50,592 nucleotides of DNA from an uncultured Candidatus Saccharibacteria bacterium (GTDB taxonomy: Bacteria > Patescibacteriota > Saccharimonadia > Saccharimonadales > UBA10212). The stretch covers positions 1 through 50,592 of the forward strand of contig CAZUXR010000004.1 of the NCBI GenBank assembly GCA_964624785.1, written 5' to 3'. Made by a program: the position numbers and the translations under genes. Of this stretch, positions 36,413 to 46,918 are shown piece by piece. Below the pieces are notes generated by a model, which was given only the letters and a program-made list of their open reading frames with translations, was not told the origin of the DNA and did not search any database. Numbering within the stretch: the stretch's first letter is position 1; the number at the start of each line of letters is the position of its first letter.

Positions 36413-37939
36413 CTACAGGAAGGCCAAGAGCTTCTCTATATAGCCGTCTGTTTTAATGGCCTCTTCCGAAAGCTCATCCGCCCGTTCCTGCGAATCCGCA
36501 TTTGTATATACTCTAAATTGCGGGGCGTTGCCGGACGGACGCAAATGTATAACCTCCCCAGACTCAAATATTAGCCGCAAACCATCTGTTAAATCTACTC
36601 GTTCCGCCACCCCCAGGGGCGTACCATTAAACGTCTGTTTTATCACTTTAATAATTTGTTCGTTCCCGCAAAGTTCTTTAAAATGAGCTATTTTATCCAA
36701 CGGAATATCATCAATCAGCCCACCGCCCGTATAACGTTTTGGCAATTTGCCAAAGAGCCCTGACAAGCTTTGCCCGCTTTTCGCTGCTGCAACAAGAACC
36801 ACAAATATAGGCAGGAACGCATCACGCGTAGGCAATTTATTAAGCGTCACCCCCGCAAAATCTATGCTAGAACTTGTCAAAAACCCGCCGTTAACCTCCC
36901 AGCCCGTAACCCTACTGTATTGCTTTTCTGCTTCCTGCATAGCGCTTATAACGTAAGGGGATCCTATTTTTGTGTGAGCTAGCTCAATGTTTTTGTCTTT
37001 GCAGAAAGTATCTGCGGCATCATTCGCACTTATTGGCAGTGCTGCAAAATCAGCGCCAAGCTCCTCTGCCACAACACACCCTAGCACATCGCCTCTATAA
37101 AACTCGCCTTTTTCGTCAACAACAAATGGTCGATCGCTGTCACCGTCGGTAGATACAATCGCAAAATTACCAGGATATTGGTTAGCCAATGCTCTAAAAT
37201 ATGCTCTGTTTTCTTTTGTTACATTCTCCGTATCTATAGGTATAAATACGTCAGACCGTCCTACGGCAGTAACTTTAGCGCCAAGCTCCTCTAAAGCACC
37301 ACACAACAAATCCCTGCCCACGGCAGAATGCTGGTAAGCGATAATATGCTTGCCGCTAAGCGGCTGCCCCAAGAATTTACTATACCGCTCAAAAAAAGCT
37401 GTGCGCGCATCTGGCTCCACTGCTGGTAGAATCGGCATATCAACCAACATCCCTTCGCTTGTAAATTTGCTGCCTTGCGAATCCGACTCGTAAATATCCC
37501 TACGTTTTTGCGTCACATTACGCTTTATAGACTTTTCGTCCGCTTTTAATACTTCCCCGCCAGTTTTATAGAATTTAATCCCATTACGATCAGCCGGTAT
37601 ATGGCTGCCGGTAACCATAATGCATGGTGCGCTGTTCTCTAAAGCGTAATATGCTAACGCCGGAGTAGGGATCAAGCCTAAATAAACTGGCTTGAACCCA
37701 CTGTCAGAAATTGCTGCCATCATTGTAGTAAGTATCCGCGGGGTACTGTCCCGCAAATCACCGGCTATGTAAATCTCGGCTCCGGGGACAACACCAGTTT
37801 CTACTAGAAATTCTAAGAATCCGGCCGCGTTGATATAACACTCCAAATCAGTCATATGACTCACTAGACCCCTAAGACCAGAGGTGCCAAATGATAGTTC
37901 GGCAGGGTTATAACTCAAGAATTCCCTTAAGGTTGGCAC
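36413..37939 (-). CDS. manB: Phosphomannomutase
   Basis: FGTSGLRG, TGSHIPADRNGIKF, TDGDSDR, WEVNGG, HLRPSGNAP. Confidence 0.9.
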   Translation of the reverse strand: MPTLREFLSYNPAELSFGTSGLRGLVSHMTDLECYINAAGFLEFLVETGVVPGAEIYIAGDLRDSTPRILTTMMAAISDSGFKPVYLGLIPTPALAYYALENSAPCIMVTGSHIPADRNGIKFYKTGGEVLKADEKSIKRNVTQKRRDIYESDSQGSKFTSEGMLVDMPILPAVEPDARTAFFERYSKFLGQPLSGKHIIAYQHSAVGRDLLCGALEELGAKVTAVGRSDVFIPIDTENVTKENRAYFRALANQYPGNFAIVSTDGDSDRPFVVDEKGEFYRGDVLGCVVAEELGADFAALPISANDAADTFCKDKNIELAHTKIGSPYVISAMQEAEKQYSRVTGWEVNGGFLTSSSIDFAGVTLNKLPTRDAFLPIFVVLVAAAKSGQSLSGLFGKLPKRYTGGGLIDDIPLDKIAHFKELCGNEQIIKVIKQTFNGTPLGVAERVDLTDGLRLIFESGEVIHLRPSGNAPQFRVYTNADSQERADELSEEAIKTDGYIEKLLAFL

Positions 37940-37943
37940 AAGA

Positions 37944-38978
37944 TTAATTATTCCTTTTTAAGCGCTTACTTATTTCTCCAACTTTTTGAGCGTAGTTTTT
38001 ATTAGTTACGAGTATCCCGTCATTAGTGGCAACAATGGCCACATTATCCAGACCAATCACTGCTATAGGAAGGGCCTGTTCATTACGCACATAGCTGTTG
38101 GTTATATTCTCTACCTCTATGTTGTCGCCTTTCAGATGATTTCCTCCGTCATCTTGATAGCTAATTTCGTGCAGATCTTTAAATGATCCCACGTCAGCCC
38201 AATCAAAACTACCTGGTACGACAAGCCCGTCTGGCACATGCTCGGATAATGCGGTGTCGATCGGCTCACTTTCAAAGTCTAAATAGGTTTTTTTAGGATC
38301 TTTAACTTTCAACAATTCCTGGTAGTCATTCCATAGTCTTGGCGAATGCGTCTGCAAGTTTCTTTCAAAAGTTTGGACTGTTCCGGTTAAATAACCCGTG
38401 TTCCACAAATAATCACCACTATGGAAGTACTCTTCGGCTGTAGATTTATTTGGCTTCTCTACAAATTGCACTAGTTCATAAACATTTTTCGATCCGTTTT
38501 TTAAGCGCTCGCCCTTTTGTATGTAGCCCAAACCTGTAGATGGGTAGCTTGGCTCTATGCCCAGGAATACAAGTTTTTGATGATCTTCGGCCAACTGCGC
38601 CGCTTGTTTAGCGGAAGATATAAAGCCGCGGCGATCACGAATTATATGGTCAGCCCATAAAAATAATACTGGCTGGTCCTTAATTTTTCTTTTTTTGATC
38701 TCACTTAAAGCGAGGATCACACAAGATGCTGTGCCTCTCCGTGCCGGTTCAACCAATACATTATCCTTAGATATTTCTGGTAGCTGCTTATAAACATGGT
38801 CAGAGTGCGAAGCCTCTGACACCACAAAAATATCGTCAGACAGCGCTTTTACTCTATCGTAGGTATTTTGCACAAGGCTATTATCGCCCACCAAACTAAG
38901 CAAGTGTTTAGGATAATTGGGCGTAGATAAAGGCCAAAGTCTAGTACCCGAGCCCCCGGCGATAATCACTACAATCAT
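37944..38978 (-). CDS. manC: Mannose-1-phosphate guanylyltransferase (no cupin domain)
   Basis: AGGSGTRLWPLS...PK, EPARRGTA, ADH, FVEKP, WADVGS. Confidence 0.9.
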   Translation of the reverse strand: MIVVIIAGGSGTRLWPLSTPNYPKHLLSLVGDNSLVQNTYDRVKALSDDIFVVSEASHSDHVYKQLPEISKDNVLVEPARRGTASCVILALSEIKKRKIKDQPVLFLWADHIIRDRRGFISSAKQAAQLAEDHQKLVFLGIEPSYPSTGLGYIQKGERLKNGSKNVYELVQFVEKPNKSTAEEYFHSGDYLWNTGYLTGTVQTFERNLQTHSPRLWNDYQELLKVKDPKKTYLDFESEPIDTALSEHVPDGLVVPGSFDWADVGSFKDLHEISYQDDGGNHLKGDNIEVENITNSYVRNEQALPIAVIGLDNVAIVATNDGILVTNKNYAQKVGEISKRLKRNN

Positions 38979-39047
38979 TACTTTACATCATACCAAATAT
39001 GGCCCTTTGTCTCATTGTAAAAACCACACCTCGCGAACAAATTTTTG

Positions 39048-39988
39048 TTAATTTGCGAGTGAGCGAAAATAATCAATAGTCTTAACTAGGCCGGTATCTA
39101 GTTGGATACTTGGCTCCCAGTTTAGTTTTTCTTTTGCTAGGCTTATGTCTGGCTGGCGTTGCTTTGGATCGTCTTGCGGTAAATCCTTGTAAACAATTTT
39201 GCTTTTTGTGTCTGGGATTATTGATATAACTTTTTCGGCAAGTTGCTTGATTGTAAACTCGTTTGGGTTGCCAATATTTACCGGCCCAACAAAATCACTC
39301 TTATTATTCATCATTCGCACCATGCCTTCTACTAGATCGTCCACGTACTGAAAGCTCCGAGTTTGCGATCCATCGCCGTAAATAGTTATGTCCTCATTGT
39401 TGAGCGCCTGAACTATGAAGTTTGAAACAACTCTTCCGTCCTGTGGGTGCATGTTTGGGCCATACGTATTAAAGATGCGGATTACTCTTATAGGCAATTT
39501 GGCCTGTCGGTAATAGTCAAAAAAAGCGTTTCGGCGCAACGTTTGCCTTCATCGTAACAAGACCTTATCCCTACTGGGTTAACTTTGCCCCAGTAACTTT
39601 CAGGTTGCGGGTGCACGTCAGGGTCGCCATACACTTCACTTGTAGATGCTTGCAGAATCGGGACCTTTAAACGCTTGGCCAAGCCTAACATATTAATTGC
39701 GCCATGCACGCTAGTCTTGGTGGTTTGAATCGGGTCAAATTGGTAATGAATCGGTGATGCCGGGCAAGCCAGGTTATAAATCTGGTCGACTTCCACATAA
39801 AACGGAACCGTCACATCGTGACGCATTAGTTCAAAATTTTTATTGTCCAACAGCCCATGAATATTACTTCGCCTACCGGTAAAGAAATTATCGATGCAAA
39901 GTACCTCATTGCCCTCGTCTAATAATCGTTTACATAAATGAGACCCAATAAAACCAGCCCCTCCAGTTACTAAAATTCTTTTACCCAA
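39048..39988 (-). pseudogene. uxs: UDP-glucuronate decarboxylase (UDP-xylose synthase), frameshifted in a homopolymer
   Basis: TTG at 39988 after AGGAG; [34 protein letters not shown] in one frame and [27 protein letters not shown] in another. The break falls in a 7-nt run at 39519-39525; 8 nt would restore ETLFFDY. Confidence 0.88.
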
Positions 39989-40007
39989 AGACTGTTCTCC
40001 TTTTTGA

Positions 40008-40457
40008 TTACCCAACGATCTTATCGATATCGGTCTTACTAACATCCTTCCAGACCACAAACTTAGACCAGAAAAAGTTCCAAAACAACGCGATAATGGA
40101 ACTAACCGCCAACGCTAAAAGATTGGTAAGACTAAGCACACGCACAAAAAAAGTAACCATTAGTGCGCTACCCAACACTGCAGCCCAGGACGTAGCATGG
40201 AACTGTATAACCAAGCTCAGTATCGTTTTATTTACTTTATTGCGCTTATAAGTCCAGTGATGGTGCAGTAAAAAATTAGAAAATAGTGCAATTTCCGCCC
40301 CTATCAGCTGAGCAAAGAAAATATACAGGCCTAAATATTTGTGTAGCAATGTAAGAAGGGAAAAATTTATTACAAAGCCGGTGCCGCCAACAATGCAAAA
40401 TCTTATAAAATCAATTTCCAGAAGACGAATTATCTTCTGCTTTGTGTAGTCAACCAT
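40008..40457 (-). CDS. GtrA-family protein
   Basis: [34 protein letters not shown]. Confidence 0.88.
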   Translation of the reverse strand: MVDYTKQKIIRLLEIDFIRFCIVGGTGFVINFSLLTLLHKYLGLYIFFAQLIGAEIALFSNFLLHHHWTYKRNKVNKTILSLVIQFHATSWAAVLGSALMVTFFVRVLSLTNLLALAVSSIIALFWNFFWSKFVVWKDVSKTDIDKIVG

Positions 40458-40490
40458 ACTCCAGATATGGTAGCATAACCTCTAGGTATC

Positions 40491-41210
40491 ATGAGTAAAA
40501 CTAAGAAATTGTCTGTAATAATGCCTTGCTATAACGAGAAGGCGACCATTAATAAAATCCTGGACGAAGTCCAGCATGTCAACCTGGGGTCAACCCAAAA
40601 AGAAATTGTAGTCGTGGATGATGGTTCTAAAGACGGAACAAGAGACATCCTTACCGCTCGAGCAAAAAAAGACAAAACCATTAAATTAATATTCCAGCCT
40701 CACAACCAAGGCAAAGGCGCAGCCTTAAAGCGCGGAATACTCGAGTCTACCGGCGATGTGATTGTAGTCCAGGATGCCGATCTAGAATACGATCCCCAAG
40801 AATACAAACGTCTTCTTTACCCCATAGAGCGCGGTCAAGCCGACGTTGTATATGGTTCCCGGTTTATCGGCGGCGAACCGCATCGCATAATTTACTACCG
40901 CAACCAGGTCGCCAATAAATTTTTAACCACTCTTTCTAATATATTTACTGGCTTAAATTTAACCGACATGGAAACTTGCTATAAAATGATGCGCGGCGAC
41001 TTAGCGAGGAGCTTGGCGCAAGATCTTAAAGCTCAGCGCTTTGGTTTTGAGCCAGAAATTACCGCTCGCATTGCAAAAAGTAAAGCCCGCGTTTACGAAA
41101 TCGGCATTAGTTATTACGGCCGCAGCAAAGAAGAAGGCAAAAAAATTGGCTTAAAAGACGGCATAAAAGCCATCTGGGAAATAATCAGGTTTAATGTCTT
41201 CACTAGATAA
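40491..41210 (+). CDS. GT2 polyprenol-phosphate glycosyltransferase (DPM1-like)
   Basis: [53 protein letters not shown]. Confidence 0.9.
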   Translation: MSKTKKLSVIMPCYNEKATINKILDEVQHVNLGSTQKEIVVVDDGSKDGTRDILTARAKKDKTIKLIFQPHNQGKGAALKRGILESTGDVIVVQDADLEYDPQEYKRLLYPIERGQADVVYGSRFIGGEPHRIIYYRNQVANKFLTTLSNIFTGLNLTDMETCYKMMRGDLARSLAQDLKAQRFGFEPEITARIAKSKARVYEIGISYYGRSKEEGKKIGLKDGIKAIWEIIRFNVFTR

Positions 41211-42993
41211 CTTTCTAGGAAAACTCAAAAAACAAGCAAAAACCGCTGGTAATAATATGAGGGTTTTTGGGCGAAAAAATTGGATTGGCTTTGTACTAAT
41301 CACATTGGCAACAGCAATCTACTTCGGACCGCTCATTACAAGAGTCGCGACGTATAGTGACGGTGGCGATGTAATGTTCAATGCTTGGACACTTGCTCGT
41401 GATCAAAACTGCATTCTTCATCAAAACTGTCCTAATTATTCGGATGGCAACATTTATTTCCCGAATAAAGACAGCATGCTTTTCTCCGAAACTCAGCTAT
41501 CCGCTGGTTTACTTACCCTCCCCTTAAGAGTAGTTACGGATAACCCAATTCTCTATAACAATGTTTGGACGATAGTCAGCTTCTTCTTTAGTGGTATTTT
41601 TATGTATCTGCTTGCTAAACGCCTAAGCAAGGGTAATGAATTGTTTTCTCTGGGCTCAGCATTAATTTTTGAATTCGCGCCTATAAAAATAGTCGCCATT
41701 AGTCACCTACAAAGTCAAAGCATATTCTATTTACCTCTTATTATTTTGCTGTTGTTAGAATTTATCGATAACAAACAAATCAAAAAACGTTACCTAATAG
41801 CTTCATTTATTGCTATGGTCTTTCTGTTCTACGCATCATGGTATCAAATGGTATTCGGTCTGATTGTTATCTTCCCGCTGCTACTTGGGCTTTTTTTCAT
41901 TAAGAGTTTTGATCGTCGCAAAATATTATTATTAATGGCAACCACAATACTAGCCGTCGCAACCACCTTTCCGCTGGCTAAAGAATATATACGATTTTCA
42001 AAAATCAACAAGGCCACTTTTTCTATAAATGATCAGTCTATGTATTCCGCTAGTCTAAAGGATTACGTATTACCATTTAATGACACTCTTGGCGGTCGCT
42101 TATATTATCAACACGCTCCGACAGCTAAAATAAACGGCTACAATCCCGATAGCTCATCGTACCATGGGCTAACACTATACATTATGATTATTGCTATTAC
42201 CGTGCTCTGTCTCACGGCCTACGGTCGTAAACGCGTTGGTCGACAAGAAGTAAAACTACTATACATTTTCTTAGTAATAGCTTTGGTTGGTTTTATCGTT
42301 TCACTCGGGCCGTTGCTTAAACTGGGAGCCTCGTCATTACATAACATCCCAGGGTCTCAAACCAAGTTTGGAATAGCACTGCCATACATACTGATCGATA
42401 AATTCTTGCCTCAGCTCTCATTCATAAGAGCTATAGGTCGAGCAAGCATCATAGTTCTGTTTGCACTATGTAGCATTTTGGCGATAGGAGCGCCACTATT
42501 TCAATACCGCCGTAAACATGTACGTTATATTTTTATATCTATGCTGTACTTCTTGATATTTTTTGAGTTAATGCCTATTCATCAGTTTAGTATTAACTCG
42601 GCGGCATACACAGAACATAGAGGCGTTCCAAGTGTCTACCGATACATTCACAATAGTTCTCAAGTTGACAACATTATTATCCTTCGTTCCAATAGTGACT
42701 ACCCAGGGGCACCGTTCCCTGTTGCGAGAAGCGAAGATGTATTGTGGGCCGGCTATCACAACAAGAACATCTTCAACGGGTACAGCGGATACGAGCCTCC
42801 AAACTACAAGCAAACCTATGCAGATTTTACTGATTTCGAATCTAATGACGTTGCAAAACTAAAAAAACTAAACATATCTTATATATTAGTAGATAAGCAG
42901 CTCTCTTCGAATTCACCACTATTACAACAAATATCCCATAATACAACGCGAAAACTATACGACGATAAAAGATATAGCCTATTCCGACTTTAA
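41194..42993 (+). CDS. Multi-pass GT-C-like (YfhO-like) membrane protein
   Basis: GD motif after TM1, NIYFP, many TM helices, C-terminal NGYSGYEP domain. Confidence 0.65.
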   Translation: MSSLDNFLGKLKKQAKTAGNNMRVFGRKNWIGFVLITLATAIYFGPLITRVATYSDGGDVMFNAWTLARDQNCILHQNCPNYSDGNIYFPNKDSMLFSETQLSAGLLTLPLRVVTDNPILYNNVWTIVSFFFSGIFMYLLAKRLSKGNELFSLGSALIFEFAPIKIVAISHLQSQSIFYLPLIILLLLEFIDNKQIKKRYLIASFIAMVFLFYASWYQMVFGLIVIFPLLLGLFFIKSFDRRKILLLMATTILAVATTFPLAKEYIRFSKINKATFSINDQSMYSASLKDYVLPFNDTLGGRLYYQHAPTAKINGYNPDSSSYHGLTLYIMIIAITVLCLTAYGRKRVGRQEVKLLYIFLVIALVGFIVSLGPLLKLGASSLHNIPGSQTKFGIALPYILIDKFLPQLSFIRAIGRASIIVLFALCSILAIGAPLFQYRRKHVRYIFISMLYFLIFFELMPIHQFSINSAAYTEHRGVPSVYRYIHNSSQVDNIIILRSNSDYPGAPFPVARSEDVLWAGYHNKNIFNGYSGYEPPNYKQTYADFTDFESNDVAKLKKLNISYILVDKQLSSNSPLLQQISHNTTRKLYDDKRYSLFRL

Positions 42994-42998
42994 GCCAA

Positions 42999-43760
42999 CT
43001 ATCTTATTTTGTAGATGCCACGAACTCTATTATAGAAAATATGAGCTAGCTCTTTAAGAGATTTTATAGAGTTGCTTATCATTCCTTCTACGAACGTGCC
43101 TTCGGGCACGGCGACCCAGTCATTTACCCTATAGCTCTTCATCTTTAGCTTATTAGCTTTAGCGATTGCTAGGACCTCCATATCAAAGCCCCAACCTAAG
43201 ATCGTTAGCCTAGAGAAGCATGTTTGAGCCGCTTCGTGAGAAAACATCTTAAAGCCACACTGCGAATCTTCAACCCAAACTCCGCCAGCCAGCCTAAACA
43301 GAAGGTTACCGCCGTTAGAAACCAGACGTCTTACGTAATGAGGGTGGTGTTTGAGCAAATTTCTAGTAGCTATTACTACGTCAGAGCCCTTTTCGTAGGC
43401 ATTATAAAACTTGGGCAAGTGTTTTAGGGGTGTGGCTAAATCGGCGTCCATAAAAATAATTACCTTGCCTTTGGCGCGAAGCATACCGTACTGAACGTCA
43501 CGCCCCTTGCCAGCTTTGGCGCCAGGTTTAAGGAGGGTTAGATTAGTAAACTTTTTCTTTTTATCCTGCACTATTTTGTGTGTTTTGTCTGGACTATCAG
43601 CCGACACAACTATGACCTCTACTGGCATCTTCTTAAATAGTTTTTCATTTTTTAGGAAAAAAGCCAGTTCATCTAGAGTTTTACCAATACGCCTTTCTTC
43701 GTTGTAAGCAGGTATTAGTATTGTTAGCTCAGGCTGTGAGGGTGACTTCTTCGCTAGCAT
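42999..43760 (-). CDS. GT2, dolichyl-phosphate beta-glucosyltransferase (ALG5)-like
   Basis: IPAYNEE, GKG, FMDADLATP, DSQCGFKMF, WGFDMEVL. Start at 43760 preferred over 43799. Confidence 0.88.
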   Translation of the reverse strand: MLAKKSPSQPELTILIPAYNEERRIGKTLDELAFFLKNEKLFKKMPVEVIVVSADSPDKTHKIVQDKKKKFTNLTLLKPGAKAGKGRDVQYGMLRAKGKVIIFMDADLATPLKHLPKFYNAYEKGSDVVIATRNLLKHHPHYVRRLVSNGGNLLFRLAGGVWVEDSQCGFKMFSHEAAQTCFSRLTILGWGFDMEVLAIAKANKLKMKSYRVNDWVAVPEGTFVEGMISNSIKSLKELAHIFYNRVRGIYKIR

Positions 43761-44226
43761 CTTTTTTACTTCCTTTAAAAACAAACCATTTATAGCCATT
43801 ATAGTTCCAAAATAGTGCTACAACAGCCCCCGCCACTGTACTAACATTAATTTCAATAAAACTTTTACTCAAAACAACACTTGTTAACACCTTAACCGGC
43901 TCAATAAACAGTCCTTCGTGACCATTCAGAATTTTTAGTGAAAGAATATAGACAAGATTGAGTATTATAAAGCTGCCGCTGATTGTTACCAGTATGAAAG
44001 CCGGTGCTTGCTGGTGAGCTTTTTTTGACTTGTCGGCAAACACAAAGTTGCGGTTCATAATAAAGCTAAATATTAAGGCGCAAGTCGTTGAAATAATACT
44101 AGCCATAATTTTTGACCGATGAAAGCTGTAGTAAGCCAAATTAAGCAAACCAAAACTAATAGCAGCGTTGCAGGTACCTACAATTATAAATCGAGTTATT
44201 CGATTAGACCTGAGCTTTTTAAGCAT
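43729..44226 (-). CDS. GtrA-family protein
   Basis: RFIIVG, SFIMNRNFVF, WNYNGYKWFVF. Confidence 0.88.
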   Translation of the reverse strand: MLKKLRSNRITRFIIVGTCNAAISFGLLNLAYYSFHRSKIMASIISTTCALIFSFIMNRNFVFADKSKKAHQQAPAFILVTISGSFIILNLVYILSLKILNGHEGLFIEPVKVLTSVVLSKSFIEINVSTVAGAVVALFWNYNGYKWFVFKGSKKDASEEVTLTA

Positions 44227-44963
44227 TAGTCGGCTTTCCGAAAAACGCCAACAACAGAAGTGCCAGCAGGGAATCGAACTACTCCGTGCATTTTAGCTTC
44301 AAGGTAAAGCAAATTTGTAAAAATCGCGTTAACCCAATTAGGCACGTCCACGTATGACGTTTCTGAGTCGGTTTTACGACCCAGAGCTTTATTAAGAAAG
44401 CGAAATCCCACTACCAGCGGTAGAGAGAAGACAATCGCGTAAGACTTCTTAACAGGAGTCAGACCGGCTTCTTTAGCAGCCTCAGCGAGAAGCTTAGTAG
44501 TGTAGCGACGCTTGTGGTGTAGGGAGACATCATGGTCTGTCCACAGCCATTGATAAGCTGGTACGGTAATTACGACTCGGCCGTCGTCTTTAATAACGCG
44601 GTTCCATTCCTTAAGGGCTTCTACCTGATCTTCAATGTGCTCGAGCACGTCAAAGGCACCTACCATATCGTAAGACTTAGCCTTGAACGGCAGTATGTTA
44701 CCGCTAACTTTTGTAAGACGAGTGTAGCCATTTTGCTTCATGAGCTTAATGGCTTCGGCAGATATATCGACATTGTCGGTAACCCCAAAAGACTCCAACA
44801 TGTCAATAGTGCCACCGGTGCCACAACCAATGTTTAGGATTTTAAATTTTTTCTTGTTACCTTTAGCTCTCTTTATGTAGCTTCGGATAATCCTTAAGCG
44901 TCCAAGGTGCCACCAGTAACTTCGCTCACGCTCTTCCATAGTGAGATATTCAACTTTATTCAC
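44226..44963 (-). CDS. Class I SAM-dependent methyltransferase
   Basis: YWW, ILNIGCGTG, FDVLEHI, ITVPAYQWLW..HD...HKRRY. Confidence 0.9.
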   Translation of the reverse strand: MNKVEYLTMEERERSYWWHLGRLRIIRSYIKRAKGNKKKFKILNIGCGTGGTIDMLESFGVTDNVDISAEAIKLMKQNGYTRLTKVSGNILPFKAKSYDMVGAFDVLEHIEDQVEALKEWNRVIKDDGRVVITVPAYQWLWTDHDVSLHHKRRYTTKLLAEAAKEAGLTPVKKSYAIVFSLPLVVGFRFLNKALGRKTDSETSYVDVPNWVNAIFTNLLYLEAKMHGVVRFPAGTSVVGVFRKAD

Positions 44964-45051
44964 TACTACCCTTTCTCGATTATTAATTAATACTATACCA
45001 ATTTTCTAGCAATTTAGATGCGCTGGCGCCGATTTCATCGTAAGTCTACGC

Positions 45052-46287
45052 CTATTCATTCGCCAAATCCTCAAGCGCAACGCTTTTATGCCGCCGCCCG
45101 AGATTAGGGCTGGATTGCTGTTTTATATAGCCATACAGATAGTCAAAGAAGGCCACTGCGCAAAGTATAAGTCCCGGCCAAAACATTTTAAAGTAATGGA
45201 ATACGCCATATTTGATTGAGTACGGTGTGCTAGCGCGAAAAGAGAGGTAAAATATAAAGGCAATAATTGTTGCTATTAGAAAAGTTGTGAAAAACACTCG
45301 GTGCTTTCGTTTTATCAATAATAATACCCCTGGTATCGCTGCAAGGATCCAGAACATATCATTAAGCAGTCCCCTGTCCGTATCTGGATAACCCGCTACA
45401 CGAGGACCAACAAACATACCAAGTGCGGCATTAGGAGCACGGTTTAACTTGTAGGCGCTGGCTTGTTGATCGCTCCCGCCACCAACACCTCCAATATGGT
45501 TTACGTAAGGAGTTCTTAGCGGAGATCCGAAAATTCTATAATGCGAATATAGGACGGGCGCCAGCCACAGAATAAGGCCAATAGCCATATATAAAACCAA
45601 TTTCATAAGTTGCTTAAGGCTACCCCTATACAAGCTAGCAAGAGCTATTAACCCAACCCAAATAACATCGATGTAGCGTGCAGCAAAAACCCACCCGACC
45701 ATAAAACCAACAGCCAAGGCGTGCCACCTTGTCACTTTGCGACTGCTGGCAATGAGCAACATTATTGACATTGCCAATAAGCAGATCGTACTATTCCACG
45801 GCTGATCAACATAATGCAATAGTGGACTCGCAAAAACAAGACCAAAGCCCGCTAGAAAACCTCCCAATGGCGATATAAAGCGTCGCCCCGATTTATAAAT
45901 AGCATATGTCGCAAAGAGAAAGACGGCTATGTTGAAAAATACAAAAGGATCTTTATCGAAACCGAGCCAAATGAAGGGTACTGCGACCAAGGGATACCCT
46001 ACCCCATACGTATAAGTTTGGTGTAGTTGGCTAAAGTTAAAATCTGCCAACGTATGCGCTAGGCGTAGATACTGACCCTGGTCGTAGTAACCAAACCAAC
46101 CCTTTGGGTACATGGCAGCATCATTGAACCCGAGCCATGAGAACATATCCGCTGGACGGGCAGGATCAGTGATGTAGTAAAGAAAGAAGTAGGCGCCAGA
46201 CAGTAACAGCAAGGTTGCTAATAGAGGGTCTTTGCTCACAATATTCTTAACCTGCAAGTTACGTATGCTTCTAAACATGTTACTCAC
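45052..46287 (-). CDS. GT-C-fold membrane glycosyltransferase-like protein
   Basis: YDQGQY after TM1, GYP, GWVFAARY, FGSP; about 10 TM helices. Confidence 0.65.
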   Translation of the reverse strand: MSNMFRSIRNLQVKNIVSKDPLLATLLLLSGAYFFLYYITDPARPADMFSWLGFNDAAMYPKGWFGYYDQGQYLRLAHTLADFNFSQLHQTYTYGVGYPLVAVPFIWLGFDKDPFVFFNIAVFLFATYAIYKSGRRFISPLGGFLAGFGLVFASPLLHYVDQPWNSTICLLAMSIMLLIASSRKVTRWHALAVGFMVGWVFAARYIDVIWVGLIALASLYRGSLKQLMKLVLYMAIGLILWLAPVLYSHYRIFGSPLRTPYVNHIGGVGGGSDQQASAYKLNRAPNAALGMFVGPRVAGYPDTDRGLLNDMFWILAAIPGVLLLIKRKHRVFFTTFLIATIIAFIFYLSFRASTPYSIKYGVFHYFKMFWPGLILCAVAFFDYLYGYIKQQSSPNLGRRHKSVALEDLANE

Positions 46288-46369
46288 AAGAGTAGCCGAC
46301 TAGACGTACTTGCACAAGTAACTATGCGTGACAAAGTTATTATGTTTTGATAATATTAAAGTACATGTT

Positions 46370-46918
46370 ATGCGTAAAATAAATAAACAATTCTCAAACA
46401 AAAAAAAATTACTGGTCGCTCCGTTATGCGTATTGATTTTACTCGGCACAGGCTACGTTTTTTATCAACATAAAAATAATAATACAGCAAATAGTAATAC
46501 GGCTGGGGAGGATAAGATCAACTATGAGCCACCGACAAAAGAGGATGCGCAGCGGGCTAGCGATAACAAGCAGCGCATTGTTGAAGAAGAGACCAAGCCC
46601 GCACAAAATAACGGCAGTAAAAAATTAATTACGCCAACAATAACATACGCAAGCGAACAGGGCGAGAAAATTGAAGCTGGTGGTTTCGTGAGTAATATCT
46701 TTGAAGATGGCGGTGTATGCACCTTTACATTCACCAAGGGTACTGCTTCGTTTTCGAAACATTCTACTGGGATTTCTAATGCCCAATCGGTAGCCTGCCC
46801 TGCCATTACTGTGGGTAATGGCGAGTTCTCCGAGAAGGGCCAGTGGAGCGTAACACTTAGTTACTCTTCTGCTACAGCTTCCGGCACGTCAGCTCCAAAA
46901 ACACTGGCGGTAAATTAA
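46370..46918 (+). CDS. Single-pass membrane protein with Cys-paired Ig-like C-terminal domain
   Basis: Basic N-terminus, TM helix, linker, EDGGVCTFT...CPAI...GQWSVTLSY. ATG at 46370 preferred; TAATG coupling to the next gene. Confidence 0.7.
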   Translation: MRKINKQFSNKKKLLVAPLCVLILLGTGYVFYQHKNNNTANSNTAGEDKINYEPPTKEDAQRASDNKQRIVEEETKPAQNNGSKKLITPTITYASEQGEKIEAGGFVSNIFEDGGVCTFTFTKGTASFSKHSTGISNAQSVACPAITVGNGEFSEKGQWSVTLSYSSATASGTSAPKTLAVN

